NCBI GenBank assembly: GCA_963762145.1
Contig: CAVXJS010000011.1
Location: forward strand, 416,001-480,000
Direction: 5' to 3'
DNA length: 64,000 nucleotides
Source: an uncultured Candidatus Rokubacteria bacterium
GTDB lineage: Bacteria > Methylomirabilota > Methylomirabilia > Rokubacteriales > CSP1-6
The notes below the pieces were generated by a model. That model did no database searches, was not told the origin of the DNA, and was given only the letters and a program-made list of their open reading frames with translations. The position numbers and the translations under genes were made by a program. Position 1 is the first letter of the stretch, and every line of letters starts with the position of its first letter. Below are positions 52,017-64,000 of the stretch, one piece after another.

Positions 52017-53233
52017 ATGGCCGGACTTCCAGTGGCTGGAGGGGGGCATCACCGCCGTGCCCGGCATCCTCGCCTCCGGCGTCGCGGCCGGCATCAAGCC
52101 CAGCGGCAAGAAGGATCTGGCTCTCGTCTACTCCTCCTCGCCGGCCCGCGCGGCCGCGGTGTTCACCACCAACCAGATCAAGGGCGCGCCGGTGCTCGTC
52201 TCGCAGGAGCACGTGCGTGACGGCCGCGCCCAGGCCATCCTGGCCTCCGCGGGCTGCTCCAACGTCTGCACCGGAGAGCAGGGCGTCAAGGACGCGCGCG
52301 AGATGACCCGCATCATCGGCGAGCTGCTGCAGATCCCGCCGCGGCAGGTGCTGATCGCCTCGACCGGGGTGATCGGCCAGCCGTTGCCGATGGACAAGAT
52401 CCGGGCCGGGCTGCCCAAGCTGGTCAAGGGGCTCTCGCCGCAGGGCGGCCGGCTCGCCGCGGAGGCCATCATGACGACCGACACCCGGCCCAAGGAAGCG
52501 GCCCTCCGGTTCGACGTGGCCGGCCGGCCGGTCACGATCGGCGGCATCGCCAAGGGCGTGGGCATGCTCGAGCCGCACATGGCGACCATGTTCTGCTTCC
52601 TGGCCACCGACGCGATGGTGGCGCGCGATGCGCTGCCGCGGGTGCTGCGCCGGGCCATCGACCGCTCGTTCAACCGGATCACGGTGGACAGCGATCAGTC
52701 GACCAGCGACACGGTGGCGATCCTCGCCAACGGGCTGGCCGAGAACGCGCCGCTCGAGCGCGGCGGCAAGGGTCTGCGCCAGTTCGCGCGGGCGCTCGAG
52801 GCGATCGCGGAGCGGCTGGCCCGGATGCTGGTCGAGGACGGTGAGGGCGCGAGCAAGCTGGTGGAGGTGGCGGTGCGGGGGGCGCGCACGCCGCCGGGAG
52901 GCGGTGATCGCGGCCCGGAGCGTGGCCAACTCGCCGCTCGTGAAGACCGCCATCAACGGGGCGGACCCCAACTGGGGCCGGATCATGATGGCGCTGGGCA
53001 AGTAGCGCGGCGCGCGTCGCCGCGGATCGCGTGGCCGTCGCGATCGGCGGGGAGCTGCTGGTGGAGAAGGGCATGCTGCGCCCGGGGGCCCGGATCGACC
53101 GCATCCACGAGGTGATGGGCGGCCCGAGTACACGATCGCGATCGACCTCGGGCTGGGGCGGGGCGAGGACCGGGTGTGGACATCGGACCTCAGCGAGGAG
53201 TACGTCCGAATCAACGCGAAGTACACGACCTAA
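52017..53233 (+). CDS. argJ: Ornithine acetyltransferase/N-acetylglutamate synthase; frameshifts
   Basis: STGVIG, IMTTDT, KGVGM..P.MATM, DGEGASK, SPLVKTA, DPNWGR and [10 protein letters not shown] motifs. Confidence 0.92.
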
Positions 53234-53330
53234 CACGCACGGTCGCGAGCTTCGGTCTCCGCCGCCCTCGTCGGCTGGCGGGGAAGTGTCGCGCCCCTCT
53301 CCGGGGTCGGCCGCTCGCGACCGGAGGCCA
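53233..53330 (+). ncRNA. rpsB (S2/t44-like) leader RNA
   Basis: ACACGCAC-GGTCGCGAGC...GCTCGCGACC-GGAGG long-range 10-bp stem directly upstream of rpsB. Confidence 0.6.
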
Positions 53331-53361
53331 ACCGAACGACGACGGAAAGGACGGCAGGACC

Positions 53362-54139
53362 ATGGCGGCACTGACCATGAAGGAGCTGCTGGAGGCCGGG
53401 GTGCACTTCGGCCACCAGACCAAGCGCTGGAACCCGAAGATGCAGAAGTACATCTTCGGCGAGCGCAACGGCATCTACATCATCGACCTGCAGAAGACCC
53501 TCAAGAAGTTCCGCGAGGCCTACGCGTTCGTGCGCGACCTCGCCGCCGAGCGGGGGCATCGTGCTCTTCGTGGGCACCAAGAAGCAGGCCCAGGAGACGG
53601 TGCTCGAGGAGGCCACCCGCTGCGGGCAGTTCTACGTCAACCACCGCTGGCTGGGCGGCACCCTCACCAACTTCACGACGATCCGGAAGTCCATCGCCCG
53701 GCTCAAGAAGCTCGACGAGATGAGCGAGACCGGCGAGTACGAGCGGCTGCCCAAGAAGGAAGTGATCGGGCTCGAGCGCGAGCGCGCGAAGCTGGAGAAG
53801 GCGCTGGTCGGCATCAAGAACATGGACCGGCTGCCCTCCGCGGTCTTCATCATCGACCCAAGAAGGAGACGATCGCGGTGGAGGAGGCCCGCCGGCTGGC
53901 CATCCCGATCGTGGCGATCGTGGACACCAACTGCGATCCGACCGGGATCGACTATCCGGTGCCCGGCAACGACGACGCGATCCGGGCGGTGCGCCTGATC
54001 ACCTCGCGCATCGCCGACGCGATCATCGAGGGCCGCGGCGGGCTCGCCAAGCAGGAGGCGGAGGAGGAGACCCGGCCTCGCCCGACATGCCGGTGGTGAC
54101 CGAGGCCGAGATGACGAGTCGGCGGAAGCCGGCGTCTGA
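53362..54139 (+). CDS. rpsB: 30S ribosomal protein S2; frameshifts, 3' end approximate
   Basis: [35 protein letters not shown] and PGNDDA motifs. Confidence 0.95.
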
Positions 54140-54151
54140 GGCGGAGCGTCC

Positions 54152-54754
<603 letters not shown>

Positions 54755-54762
54755 GGCGACCC

Positions 54763-55520
<758 letters not shown>

Positions 55521-55523
55521 GCC

Positions 55524-56091
55524 ATGGCCATGACCCAAGCGGAGGTGGTGAAGGATCTCGAGACCCGGATGCAGGCGGCGGCCGACGTGCTCGCGCGGGA
55601 GTTCGCGGCGTGCGCACCGGCCGCGCCAACGCGTCGCTGCTGGACGGGATGCGCGTGGAGGCCTACGGCAACCTGACGCCGATCAACCAGCTCGCCACGG
55701 TGTCGGTGCCCGACCCGCGCACCATCATGATCCAGCCGTGGGACGCCTCCCAGATGAAGGCGATCGAGAAGGGATCGCCAAGTCCGACCTCGGGCTCACG
55801 CCCGAGCAACGACGGCAAGGTGATCCGGCTCACGATGCCCACCCTGACCGAGGAGCGGCGCAAGCAGCTCGCCAAGCGGTCGGGCAAGTTCGCGGAGGAC
55901 GCGCGCGTGGCGATCCGCAACGTCGCGGCGCGAGGCCAACGACAAGCTGAAGGCCCTCGCCAAGGACAAGAAGGTGTCCCAGGACGAGGAGCGCCGGGGC
56001 CACGACCAGATCCAGAAGACCACCGACCGATTCATCGTCGAGGATCGACGAGCTGGCGAAGAAGAAGGAACAGGAAGTGATGACGGTGTAG
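55524..56091 (+). CDS. frr: Ribosome recycling factor; frameshifts
   Basis: RTGRA, IQPWD, LTEERRK and IQKTTD...KKEQEVM motifs. Confidence 0.93.
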
Positions 56092-56146
56092 GTCTGCGGA
56101 CAACCGCCGGCTCATTACCGTTTAGTTCTTCAAGCTCTATTATAAA

Positions 56147-56173
56147 TGCGGGGGCCCAGAAATGGCCCCCGCA
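56147..56173 (+). terminator. Hairpin after frr (probable terminator)
   Basis: TGCGGGGGCC-CAGAAAT-GGCCCCCGCA; no strong T tail. Confidence 0.45.
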
Positions 56174-56321
56174 CTCCCCCAGTCCGCGGACGTTCGTGGC
56201 GGACACTCGTGGTCGATGGGTGCGCGAGTTTCTGTAAGCCTCCGAAATACCTCTCGGTTTTTGCTGTTATCGGGGGGTTTTTCCTGGCAATTCCGGAGGG
56301 CCTCACGTAACATGACCTGAT

Positions 56322-57105
56322 ATGGCGGCGAAGGCCGGGATCTCCGCGGCGGTGTCAGAGCTGTCGACGCTCCACGAGGACGATCTCAGGCGACGCATCC
56401 TCGCCCGTCCGGTCCCGCGGCACGTGGCGGTCATCATGGACGGCAACGGCCGCTGGGCCACCAGCCGCGGGCTGCCGAGGGTGGCCGGGCACGGCGAGGG
56501 AGTGAAGTCGGTGCGCGCGGTCGTGCGCACCGCGGGCGAGCTCGGGATCGAGTTCCTCACCCTCTACGCGTTCTCCTCGGAGAACTGGAACCGGCCCCAC
56601 CAGGAAGTGTCGACCCTGATGACGTCTGCTCGAGCGCTCCATCGAGCGCGAGCTACCCGAGCTCATGGAGCGCAACGTGCGCTTCCGGGTGATCGGCCGG
56701 CCGGACGGGGTGCCCGCGCGGGTGGGCGAGCGCATCAAGCGACTCATCGAGACGACGTCGCGCAACACCGGCCTCACGCTGGTCATGGCCTTCAACTACG
56801 GGGGCCGCGACGAGATGGTGGACGCGGTGCGCGCGCTCGCGCGCGAGGTGCAGACCGGGCGGCTGCGGCCGGAAGACATCGACGAGGTCCGCGTCTCCCG
56901 CGCGCTCTACACCGACGGCATCCCCGATCCGGACCTGCTGATCCGCACGAGCGGAGAGCTGCGCCTCTCCAACTTCCTCCTGTGGCAGGTCGCCTACACC
57001 GAGCTCTGGATGACGCCGACCCTGTGGCCGGACTTCGGGGCGCGCGAGTTCTGCCTCGCGGTCGCCGACTTCCAGCAGCGGGACCGCCGCTTCGGAAGGG
57101 TCTGA
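56322..57105 (+). CDS. uppS: Undecaprenyl diphosphate synthase; frameshift near 56625
   Basis: [27 protein letters not shown] and [15 protein letters not shown] motifs. Confidence 0.95.
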
Positions 57106-57982
57106 TGGCGCAGGCGCAGGGCGTGCCGGTCGCCGGCTCGGTGGAGCAGACGACCCCGTCCCACCGCGGAGGCCTCGTGCGACGCGCTCCTGAGCACGCT
57201 GATCCTGCTGCCCCTCTTCGTGTGGATGGTGGTGAGCGGCCCGGTGTGGCTCTTCGGGGCTGGTCATGGTCCTCGCGGGCGCGCTCGGTCAGTGGGAGTT
57301 CACCGGCATGTTCGAGCGGGCGGGCGTGCGGACCTTCCGGGTGCTCGGCCTCGTGGGGGGCGCGCTCGTGACCGCGAGCTTCGCGCTGCCCCTGTCCGAG
57401 CGGCGTGGCCTTCACCGCGGTGCTACTCGCGCTGCTCGCGGTCGGCCTGTCTGCGGCCCCGGGACAATCGGCCGGTCTGGGAGCCGGTGGCGGTAACCCT
57501 GTTCGGGATCTGCTACGTGAACTGGCTCCTCGGCTACACCTTCTGGCTGCGCGGATCTGGACGACGGGCCGCGAGTGGATCCTGCTCCTCGTCTGCGGTC
57601 ACGTGGCTCGGCGAGACCGCGGCGTACCTCGTCGGCTCGACGATGGGCCGGCACAAGCTCGCCCCCGCGATCAGCCCCCGCAAGACGGTGGAGGGCGCGA
57701 TCGCCCAGCTCGTGATGTCGGTGCTCGCCGCGCTCGGCGCGCGCGCGACGTTCTTCCCCGCGCTCTCGCTGGAGGACGCGATCGCGGTCGGCTTCCTCCT
57801 CGGCGTGGTGGGCCAGGCCGGCGATCTCCTGGAGTCCGCGCATCAAGCGCAGCGTCGGCACCAAGGACACCGGGCAGCTCATCCCCGGCCACGGCGGGAT
57901 GCTCGACCGCGTCGACAGCCTGCTCTTCAACACGCCGGTCCTCTTCTACTACGCGACGTACGCGAGGGCCCTGGGCGCATGA
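57105..57982 (+). CDS. cdsA: Phosphatidate cytidylyltransferase; frameshifts
   Basis: [18 protein letters not shown] and [12 protein letters not shown] motifs. Confidence 0.92.
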
Positions 57983-59162
57983 AGCGGCTGATCGTGCTGG
58001 GGGTGACCGGCTCGGTGGGGCGGCGCACGCTCGAGCTCGTCGAGCATTTCCCGGACGACTTCCGGGTGGAGGGCATGGCGGCGCGCGGCTCCGATCCCGA
58101 GCTGCTCGCCGAGCTCTGCCGCCGTCACCGGCCCCGGGCGCTGGCCCTGGCCGACGCGTCGGCGATCGACGCGGTGGCGCGCGCGCTGCCGGGTCCCCGC
58201 GCCCGGAGCTCCTCGCCGGGCGCCGCGGGCATCGTGACCCTCGCGCGGCGAGGTGGAGGCCGACGTCGGTGCTCTCCGCCATCGTGGGCGGGGCGGGCCT
58301 CCTGCCCACCATGGCCGCGATCAAGAGCGGCAAGGCGCGTCGCGCTCGCCAACAAGGAAACGCTGGTGATGGCGGGCAGCCTGATGACCGCGGCGGCCCG
58401 CGAGCGCAGCGTCCCGCTGCTGCCGGTGGATTCCGAGCACAGCGCGGTCTTCCAGTGCCTCGAGGGCCACAACCGCGCCGAGGTGGGCCGGGTGCTGCTC
58501 ACCGCGTCGGGCGGCCCCTTCCGGACGATGAAGGCGGCGGACCTCGCGAAGGTCACGGTGGAGGAGGCGCTGAACCACCCGACGTGGCGAGATGGGCGCC
58601 AAGATCACGGTCGACTCGGCCACGCTCATGAACAAGGGCCTCGAGGTGATCGAGGCGCGCTGGCTCTTCGACCTCCAGCCCGAGCAGGTGCAGGTGGTGG
58701 TGCATCCGCAGTCCATCGTGCACTCGATGGTCGAGTACGTGGACGGCTCGGTCATCGCCCAGCTCGGCGTGGCCGACATGGGCATCCCGATCCTCTACGC
58801 GCTGACGTACCCCGAGCGCCTGCCCTGTCCGGCGGAGCGCCTGGATCTCACGCGGGTCGGGCCGCTCACCTTCGAGACGCCGGACGTGGAGCGCTTCCCG
58901 TGCCTGGCCCTGGCGCGCCGGGCCTTGCTCGAAGGCGGCTGCGCGCCGGTCATCCTGAACGCGGCCAACGAGGTCGCGGTGGCCGCGTTCCTCGAGGGCG
59001 CGTCTCCGCTTCACCCAGATTCCCGAGCTGATCGCGGAAGCGCTGGCGCGGGTGCCCGCGCAGGCGCTCGACAGCATCGACACGTGCGTGGACGTCGACA
59101 CCCGGACGCGGGCGGCGGTGCAGGACTGGCTGCCCGGCGGGGTCGCGGCCGCGATGAGATAG
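57979..59162 (+). CDS. dxr: 1-deoxy-D-xylulose 5-phosphate reductoisomerase; frameshifts
   Basis: [37 protein letters not shown] and NAANE motifs. Confidence 0.95.
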
Positions 59163-59170
59163 GAAGCCTC

Positions 59171-60533
59171 ATGGCAACGGTGCAGATGCTCGTCTCGTTC
59201 GTGGTGGTCCTCGGCATCCTCATCATCGTGCACGAGCTCGGCCACTTCTTCATGGCCCGGCTCTGCGGGGTGGGGGTCGAGCGGTTCTCGGTCGGCTTCG
59301 GGCCCGTGCTCTGGCGGTTCCGGGGCAGGGAGACCGAGTACTGCCTGTCCCTGATCCCGATGGGCGGCTACGTGAAGATGATGGGTGACGACGAGAACCC
59401 GCTCGAGGGCGGCAAGGCGCCGACGGTGGATCCGGCCAAGGCCTTCAACAACAAGTCGCTCGCGGCCCGATTCATGATCGTCTTCGCGGGCCCCGCGATG
59501 AACTTCGTGCTGGCCGTCGCTCATCGCGGCCGCGATGTTCATGTTCATCGGCCGGCCGGTGGCGCCCGCCGAGGTGGGTCGCGTGACCGAGGGCGCGCCC
59601 GCCGGGCAGGCGGGGCTCCGGACCGGCGACCGCATCACCGCGGTGGACGGCAAGCCGGTGCAGTACTGGGAGGATCTGGCCCGGGTGGTCCAGACCGCCA
59701 ACGGCCGCCCGCTCGCGGTCACGGCGCAGGGGCGTGACGGCACCTCCCGCACGGTCGCCCTGACCCCGGTGCAGGCCAAGCGCAAGGATCTCTTCGGCGA
59801 CGATCAGGTCGTGTGGGAGATCGGCGCCTCGCCGTATCTCGCCCCCGCCATCGGGGACGTCATTCCGGGCGATCCCGCCGAGCAGGCGGGGCTCAAGGCG
59901 GGCGACGTGGTGACCGCGCTCGAGGGACAGCCGGTCATGTCCTGGGACGAGCTGGCCGAGAAGATCCACCAGCGCGCGGGCCAGCCGACGCGGCTCGAGG
60001 TCAGGCGCGGGACCGAGACGCTCACGATCACGGTGACGCCCAAGAAGGGCAAGGTCCCGGGGCCCGACGGCAAGGAGATGGAGGTCGGGCTGGTCGGGAT
60101 CCGCCCCGGCGGGGCCCCGGTGATGGTCCGCTCGAACCCGCTCTCCGCGATGTGGGAAGGGCTCGCGTGGTCCGCCGACGTGACGGCCAAGACCGGCATC
60201 GGCCTCTACAAGATCGTGGTCGGCCAGCTCGACCGCAGCAATATCGGCGGCCCGATCCAGATCGCCAAGACCGCGGGCGAGCAGGCGCGCCAGGGCATCG
60301 TGAGCCTCGCGCTCTTCACCGCGGTCATCAGCATCAACCTGTTCCTGCTCAACCTGCTGCCGGTGCCGATGCTCGACGGCGGCCACCTGCTCTTCTTCGC
60401 CTTCGAGGCGGTGCTGGGCCGGCCGCTCTCGGTGCGCAAGCGGGAAGTCGCCCAGCAGGTCGGCTTCGCGCTGCTCATGCTGCTCATGGTGTTCGCGTTC
60501 TACAACGACTTCAAACGGATCGGACTCTTCTGA
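59171..60533 (+). CDS. rseP: RIP metalloprotease RseP (two PDZ domains); frameshift near 59520
   Basis: HELGH, GGYVKM, AGPAMN and [12 protein letters not shown] motifs. Confidence 0.95.
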
Positions 60534-60856
60534 TGGGCCAGTACGAGCGGCACGTGTTCGTGTGCACGGCGGGCGATGACTGCCCGGCCCAGGGCGCCGT
60601 CGAGCAGTACGTCAAGACGCTCCGGGCGGGCGTGGTCACCGCCCGCCGCCAGGTCGAGGTCCGCGTGAACAAGGCGGGCTGCTTCTCGCAGTGCGGCCAC
60701 GGTCCCATGATCGTGGTGTATCCGGAGAACGTCTGGTACGCGGGCGTCCAGGAGAGCGACCTCCCCGAGATCCTCGAGTCGCACCTCCTCAACGGGGTGC
60801 CGGTCAAGCGCCTGATCTACGATCCCGGCGTCAAGGGCGCCAACAAGGTCAAGTAG
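60533..60856 (+). CDS. Thioredoxin-like [2Fe-2S] ferredoxin
   Basis: HVFVC...C...GCFSQCGHGP..VVYPENVWY. Confidence 0.88.
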   Translation: MGQYERHVFVCTAGDDCPAQGAVEQYVKTLRAGVVTARRQVEVRVNKAGCFSQCGHGPMIVVYPENVWYAGVQESDLPEILESHLLNGVPVKRLIYDPGVKGANKVK

Positions 60857-60863
60857 GCCCGCC

Positions 60864-62558
60864 ATGCGCTGGACCCGGTCGCTGATTCCCACGCTCCGGG
60901 ACGATCCCGCCGACGCGGAAGCCATCAGCCACAAGCTCATGGTGCGCGCCGGGCTCGTTCGCCAGCTCGCCGCCGGCATCTACGTCTACCTCCCGCTCGG
61001 GCTCCGGGTGCTCGAGAAGGTCAACGCGATCATCCGCGAGGAGATGAACGGCATCGGCGGGCAGGAGATCGAGATGCCGGTGCTCCATCCCGCCGAGCTC
61101 TGGCAGCAGTCCGGCCGGTGGGACGTGATCGGCGGGGAGATGTTCCGTCTCAAGGACCGCAACGGCCGCGACATGTGCCTCGGCATGACGCACGAGGAGG
61201 TCATCGCCTGGCTCGCCGCCCGCGAGATCCGCTCCTATCGCGACCTCCCGCAGATCTGGTACCAGATCCAGACCAAGGAGCGGGACGAGGCGCGCCCGCG
61301 CTCGGGCGTGCTCCGCACGCGCGAGTTCCTGATGAAGGACTCCTACACCCTCGATCCGGACGCGGCCGCGCTGGAGATCTCCTACAACGCGCACAAGGAG
61401 GCGTACTGCCGCATCTTCGACCGCTGCGGGGTCACCTACGTGGTCGTGCAGTCCGATCCCGGGATGATGGGCGGCTCGGGCTCCCACGAGTTCATGGCTC
61501 CCAGCGCGGCGGGCGAGGACGAGGTGGCCCTCTGCGACGCCTGCGGCTACGCCGCCAACGTGGAGCTGGCCCGCGGAGTGCCGAGCGCGCCTCCGGCGGG
61601 ACCCGGAGGGAAGGAAGAGGTGGCCACGCCGGGCGCGCGCACCATCGCGGAGGTGTCGGCCCAGCTCAAGATCGATCCGGCCGCCACGATCAAGTCTCTG
61701 GTCTTCATGGGACCCGACGGGCCGGTGCTGGCGCTGGTGCGCGGGGATCACGCGCTTCACGAGCGCAAGCTCGCCCGCGCACTCCGCGCGGAAGCCCGGC
61801 CGGCCCACCCGGGAGAGGTCCAGCAGCACCTCGGCGTGGCGCCGGGCTCCATCGGGCCGGTCGGCGTGCGCGGCGCCCGCATCATCGCGGACGAGTCGCT
61901 GCGCGAGGGGCGCTACGTGGTCGGGGCCAACCGTGAGGGGTTCCACCTGACCGGGGTGACGCCGGGCCAGGACTTCGCGTGCGACTGGGCCGACCTGCAG
62001 GTGGCCTTGGCCGGAGAGGGGTGCCCCACCTGCGGCAAGTCGCTCCGGATCGAGCGGGTCATCGAGGTGGGCAATATCTTCAAGCTCGGGACCAAGTATT
62101 CGGTGCCGCTCGGGGCCACGTACCTCGATGAGCGGGGCCAGCAGCAGCCGATCGTCATGGGTTCCTACGGGATCGGCCCGGCCCGGATCGCCGCGGCCGC
62201 GGTCGAGCAGCGCCACGATGCCGACGGCATCGTCTGGCCCTGGGCCATCGCCCCGTTCCACGTGCATCTGGTGCCGGTGGCGGTCAAGGATGCCGCGCAG
62301 ATGGCGGCCGCCGAGGAGATCTACCGGGATCTTCGGGCTGCCGGCTTCGACGTGCTCATGGACGACCGGGAGGAGCGGGCCGGCGTCAAGTTCAAGGATG
62401 CCGATCTGCTCGGGATCCCGATCCGGGTGACCATCGGCAATGCTCTCGCCAAGGAGGGCGCGGTCGAGCTGCGTCAGCGGAGCACTCGGGCCGACCGCCG
62501 GGTGCCCAGGGCCGAGGTGGTCGCGACGGTCCGGGAGATGGCGCAAACGATTTCATAG
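60864..62558 (+). CDS. proS: Proline--tRNA ligase (with INS editing domain)
   Basis: SHKLMVRAG, THEE, RDEARPR, REFLMKDSY, IEVGNIFKLG, GSYGIG and GVKFKDADL motifs. Confidence 0.96.
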   Translation: MRWTRSLIPTLRDDPADAEAISHKLMVRAGLVRQLAAGIYVYLPLGLRVLEKVNAIIREEMNGIGGQEIEMPVLHPAELWQQSGRWDVIGGEMFRLKDRNGRDMCLGMTHEEVIAWLAAREIRSYRDLPQIWYQIQTKERDEARPRSGVLRTREFLMKDSYTLDPDAAALEISYNAHKEAYCRIFDRCGVTYVVVQSDPGMMGGSGSHEFMAPSAAGEDEVALCDACGYAANVELARGVPSAPPAGPGGKEEVATPGARTIAEVSAQLKIDPAATIKSLVFMGPDGPVLALVRGDHALHERKLARALRAEARPAHPGEVQQHLGVAPGSIGPVGVRGARIIADESLREGRYVVGANREGFHLTGVTPGQDFACDWADLQVALAGEGCPTCGKSLRIERVIEVGNIFKLGTKYSVPLGATYLDERGQQQPIVMGSYGIGPARIAAAAVEQRHDADGIVWPWAIAPFHVHLVPVAVKDAAQMAAAEEIYRDLRAAGFDVLMDDREERAGVKFKDADLLGIPIRVTIGNALAKEGAVELRQRSTRADRRVPRAEVVATVREMAQTIS

Positions 62559-62589
62559 GCCGACGGATCGTCCGGCCGCCCGGCACCGC

Positions 62590-62652
62590 TTGCGGGGGCC
62601 CAATCCCTGTGCTAAAGTCCTGAAAAAAGTGGGCCGTCGCCCACTTTTTTTT
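62590..62652 (+). promoter_or_regulatory. rimP-nusA promoter plus leader terminator hairpin
   Basis: TTGCGG-N17-TAAAGT with extended -10 TG; then AAAAAAGTGGGC-CGTC-GCCCACTTTTTTTT. Confidence 0.7.
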
Positions 62653-62665
62653 GTGGGGGTGCGGC

Positions 62666-63151
62666 ATGGCGGAAGATGCACAGTGGCTCGACCAGATCGA
62701 GGCGGTCGTGGAGCCTGTGCTCGCCTCGCGCGGCATGAACCTGGTCGACAGCGAGTGGCGCCGGGAAGGCCGGCGCTGGGTGCTTCGCCTCTTCGTGGAC
62801 AAGCCGGGCGGCGTGGGCATCGCCGATTGCCAGGCTTTCAGCCGGGAAGCCGGCGACGTGCTGGACGTGTCCGGGCTCATCGAGCCCTCCTACGATCTCG
62901 AGGTATCTTCGCCGGGGCTCGACCGGGTGCTGAAGAAGGACCGTGAGCTGGCCTGGGCGATCGGTCGGGACGTTCACTGCTGGGTGGCCGAGACCCTGGA
63001 TGGGCGGACGGAGTTCTCGGGCAAGCTCCTGGAGGTGTCCCCGGGGACACTGACCCTGGAGGAGCCGGTGGGGACGCGACGCGAGATCCCGCGCCGGCTG
63101 GTGACGAAGGCGAGGCTGGAAGTGATAGCGTTCGGGCGGGTGAAGCGATGA
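62666..63151 (+). CDS. rimP: Ribosome maturation factor RimP
   Basis: LRLFVDKPGGV...DC and YDLEVSSPGLDR motifs; precedes nusA. Confidence 0.95.
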   Translation: MAEDAQWLDQIEAVVEPVLASRGMNLVDSEWRREGRRWVLRLFVDKPGGVGIADCQAFSREAGDVLDVSGLIEPSYDLEVSSPGLDRVLKKDRELAWAIGRDVHCWVAETLDGRTEFSGKLLEVSPGTLTLEEPVGTRREIPRRLVTKARLEVIAFGRVKR

Positions 63152-64000
63152 TGAACAAAGACCTCATATACGTGATCGAGCAGATCGGGCGCGAGAAGGG
63201 GATCTCCAAGGAGGTCCTTTTCGAGGCGCTGGAGTCTGCCCTCCTCTCGGCCTCCAAGAAGACGATGGGTGCGGCGGACAACGTGCGGATGGAGATCGAT
63301 CGCCGCACCGGTACGCTTCGGGTCTTCGCGCGCAAGAAGGTGGTGACCGCGGTCACCGATCCGAAGCTCGAGATCACCCTCGCGGAGGGCCGCCGGCTCA
63401 ACGGCGACGCGCAGCTCGAGGACGAGCTCGAGATCGAGCTGGCCCCCCAGGAGTTCGGGCGCATCGCGGCCCAGACCGCCAAGCAGGTGATCCTGCAGCG
63501 AGTGCGCGACGCCGAGCGGGACGCGGTGTACTCGGAGTTCATCGACCGGGAAGGCAAGATCGTCCGCGGCACCGTGCATCGCATCGAGAAGCGCAACGTG
63601 GTGGTAGAGCTCGGCAAGGCCGAGGCGGTCATCACCGAGCGCGAGCAGCTTCCCGGCGACCGGTTCAACCCGGGGGATCGACTGCGCGCCTACATGCTGG
63701 AAGTCAAGAAGACGGCCAAGGGCCCGCAGATCCTGCTCTCGCGCACGCATCCCGGCTTCCTGGTCCGGCTCTTCGAGACCGAGATCCCGGAGATCGCGGA
63801 GGGCATCGTGCTCGTGAAGGCGGCCGCCCGTGAGCCCGGCGAGCGGGCCAAGGTGGCGGTGTCGTCCACCAAGCGCGACGTGGACCCGATCGGGGCCTGC
63901 GTCGGTCTCCGGGGTACGCGCATCCAGGTCATCAGCCGGGAGCTGCGTGGCGAGAAGATCGACATCGTGGAGTGGTCGCCCGACTCGGCGGTGTTCGTGG
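63148..64000 (+). CDS. nusA: Transcription termination factor NusA (3' part runs off the window)
   Basis: Manual translation MMNKDLIYVIEQIGREKG..., FGRIAAQTAKQV, LSRTHP, AREPGERAKVAV, DPIGACVG. Confidence 0.95.
   Translation, partial: MMNKDLIYVIEQIGREKGISKEVLFEALESALLSASKKTMGAADNVRMEIDRRTGTLRVFARKKVVTAVTDPKLEITLAEGRRLNGDAQLEDELEIELAPQEFGRIAAQTAKQVILQRVRDAERDAVYSEFIDREGKIVRGTVHRIEKRNVVVELGKAEAVITEREQLPGDRFNPGDRLRAYMLEVKKTAKGPQILLSRTHPGFLVRLFETEIPEIAEGIVLVKAAAREPGERAKVAVSSTKRDVDPIGACVGLRGTRIQVISRELRGEKIDIVEWSPDSAVFV

Noticed and set aside
53002-53006. In-frame TAG in argJ as pyrrolysine or readthrough
   Set aside because: It lies among several indels and is probably a corrupted Ser codon; there is no pyl context.
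56092-56321. Relatively AT-rich frr-uppS gap as a mobile-element scar or sRNA
   Set aside because: Explained by a hairpin plus the uppS promoter (TGGCAA-N17-TAACAT); no repeats or coding signal.

Overview
A very GC-rich bacterial chromosome segment. Gene content and order suggest Candidatus Rokubacteria/Methylomirabilota, but that is inference only. Left to right it carries: partial pdhA; thrB-dcd-pup-FmdB; a LysR gene followed by a UGA-recoded selenoprotein selD; and a complete 1.13-kb IS110 element. In the IS110 left end I can read a bridge RNA whose target and donor guides match the element's own insertion site and its own circle junction. Next come a GT4 gene, a MoxR/DUF58/triple-vWA/TPR operon, a selenocysteine (UxxC) glutaredoxin missed by the ORF track, an outer-membrane barrel, a pilin-like gene and a GalT-like gene lacking the catalytic His. 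An isc operon follows, whose IscS has lost the PLP-binding Lys. Then come a dsrEFH-like triad divergent from a second, intact cysteine desulfurase with a degenerate IscU and cysE, dinB, a ferritin-like diiron pair, and an acyl-CoA catabolic cluster (AliA/BadH/AliB-like plus biotin carboxylase parts). The right part holds an RpoD-like sigma factor, malic enzyme, glycosyltransferases, nth, rplM-rpsI-argC-argJ-rpsB-tsf-pyrH-frr-uppS-cdsA-dxr-rseP, proS, rimP and partial nusA. Many genes at about 18.6-33 kb and 45-59.5 kb, including essential ones, are split by single-base indels. These are best explained as long-read consensus errors, so gene boundaries there are approximate. No rRNA, tRNA or CRISPR array was seen.
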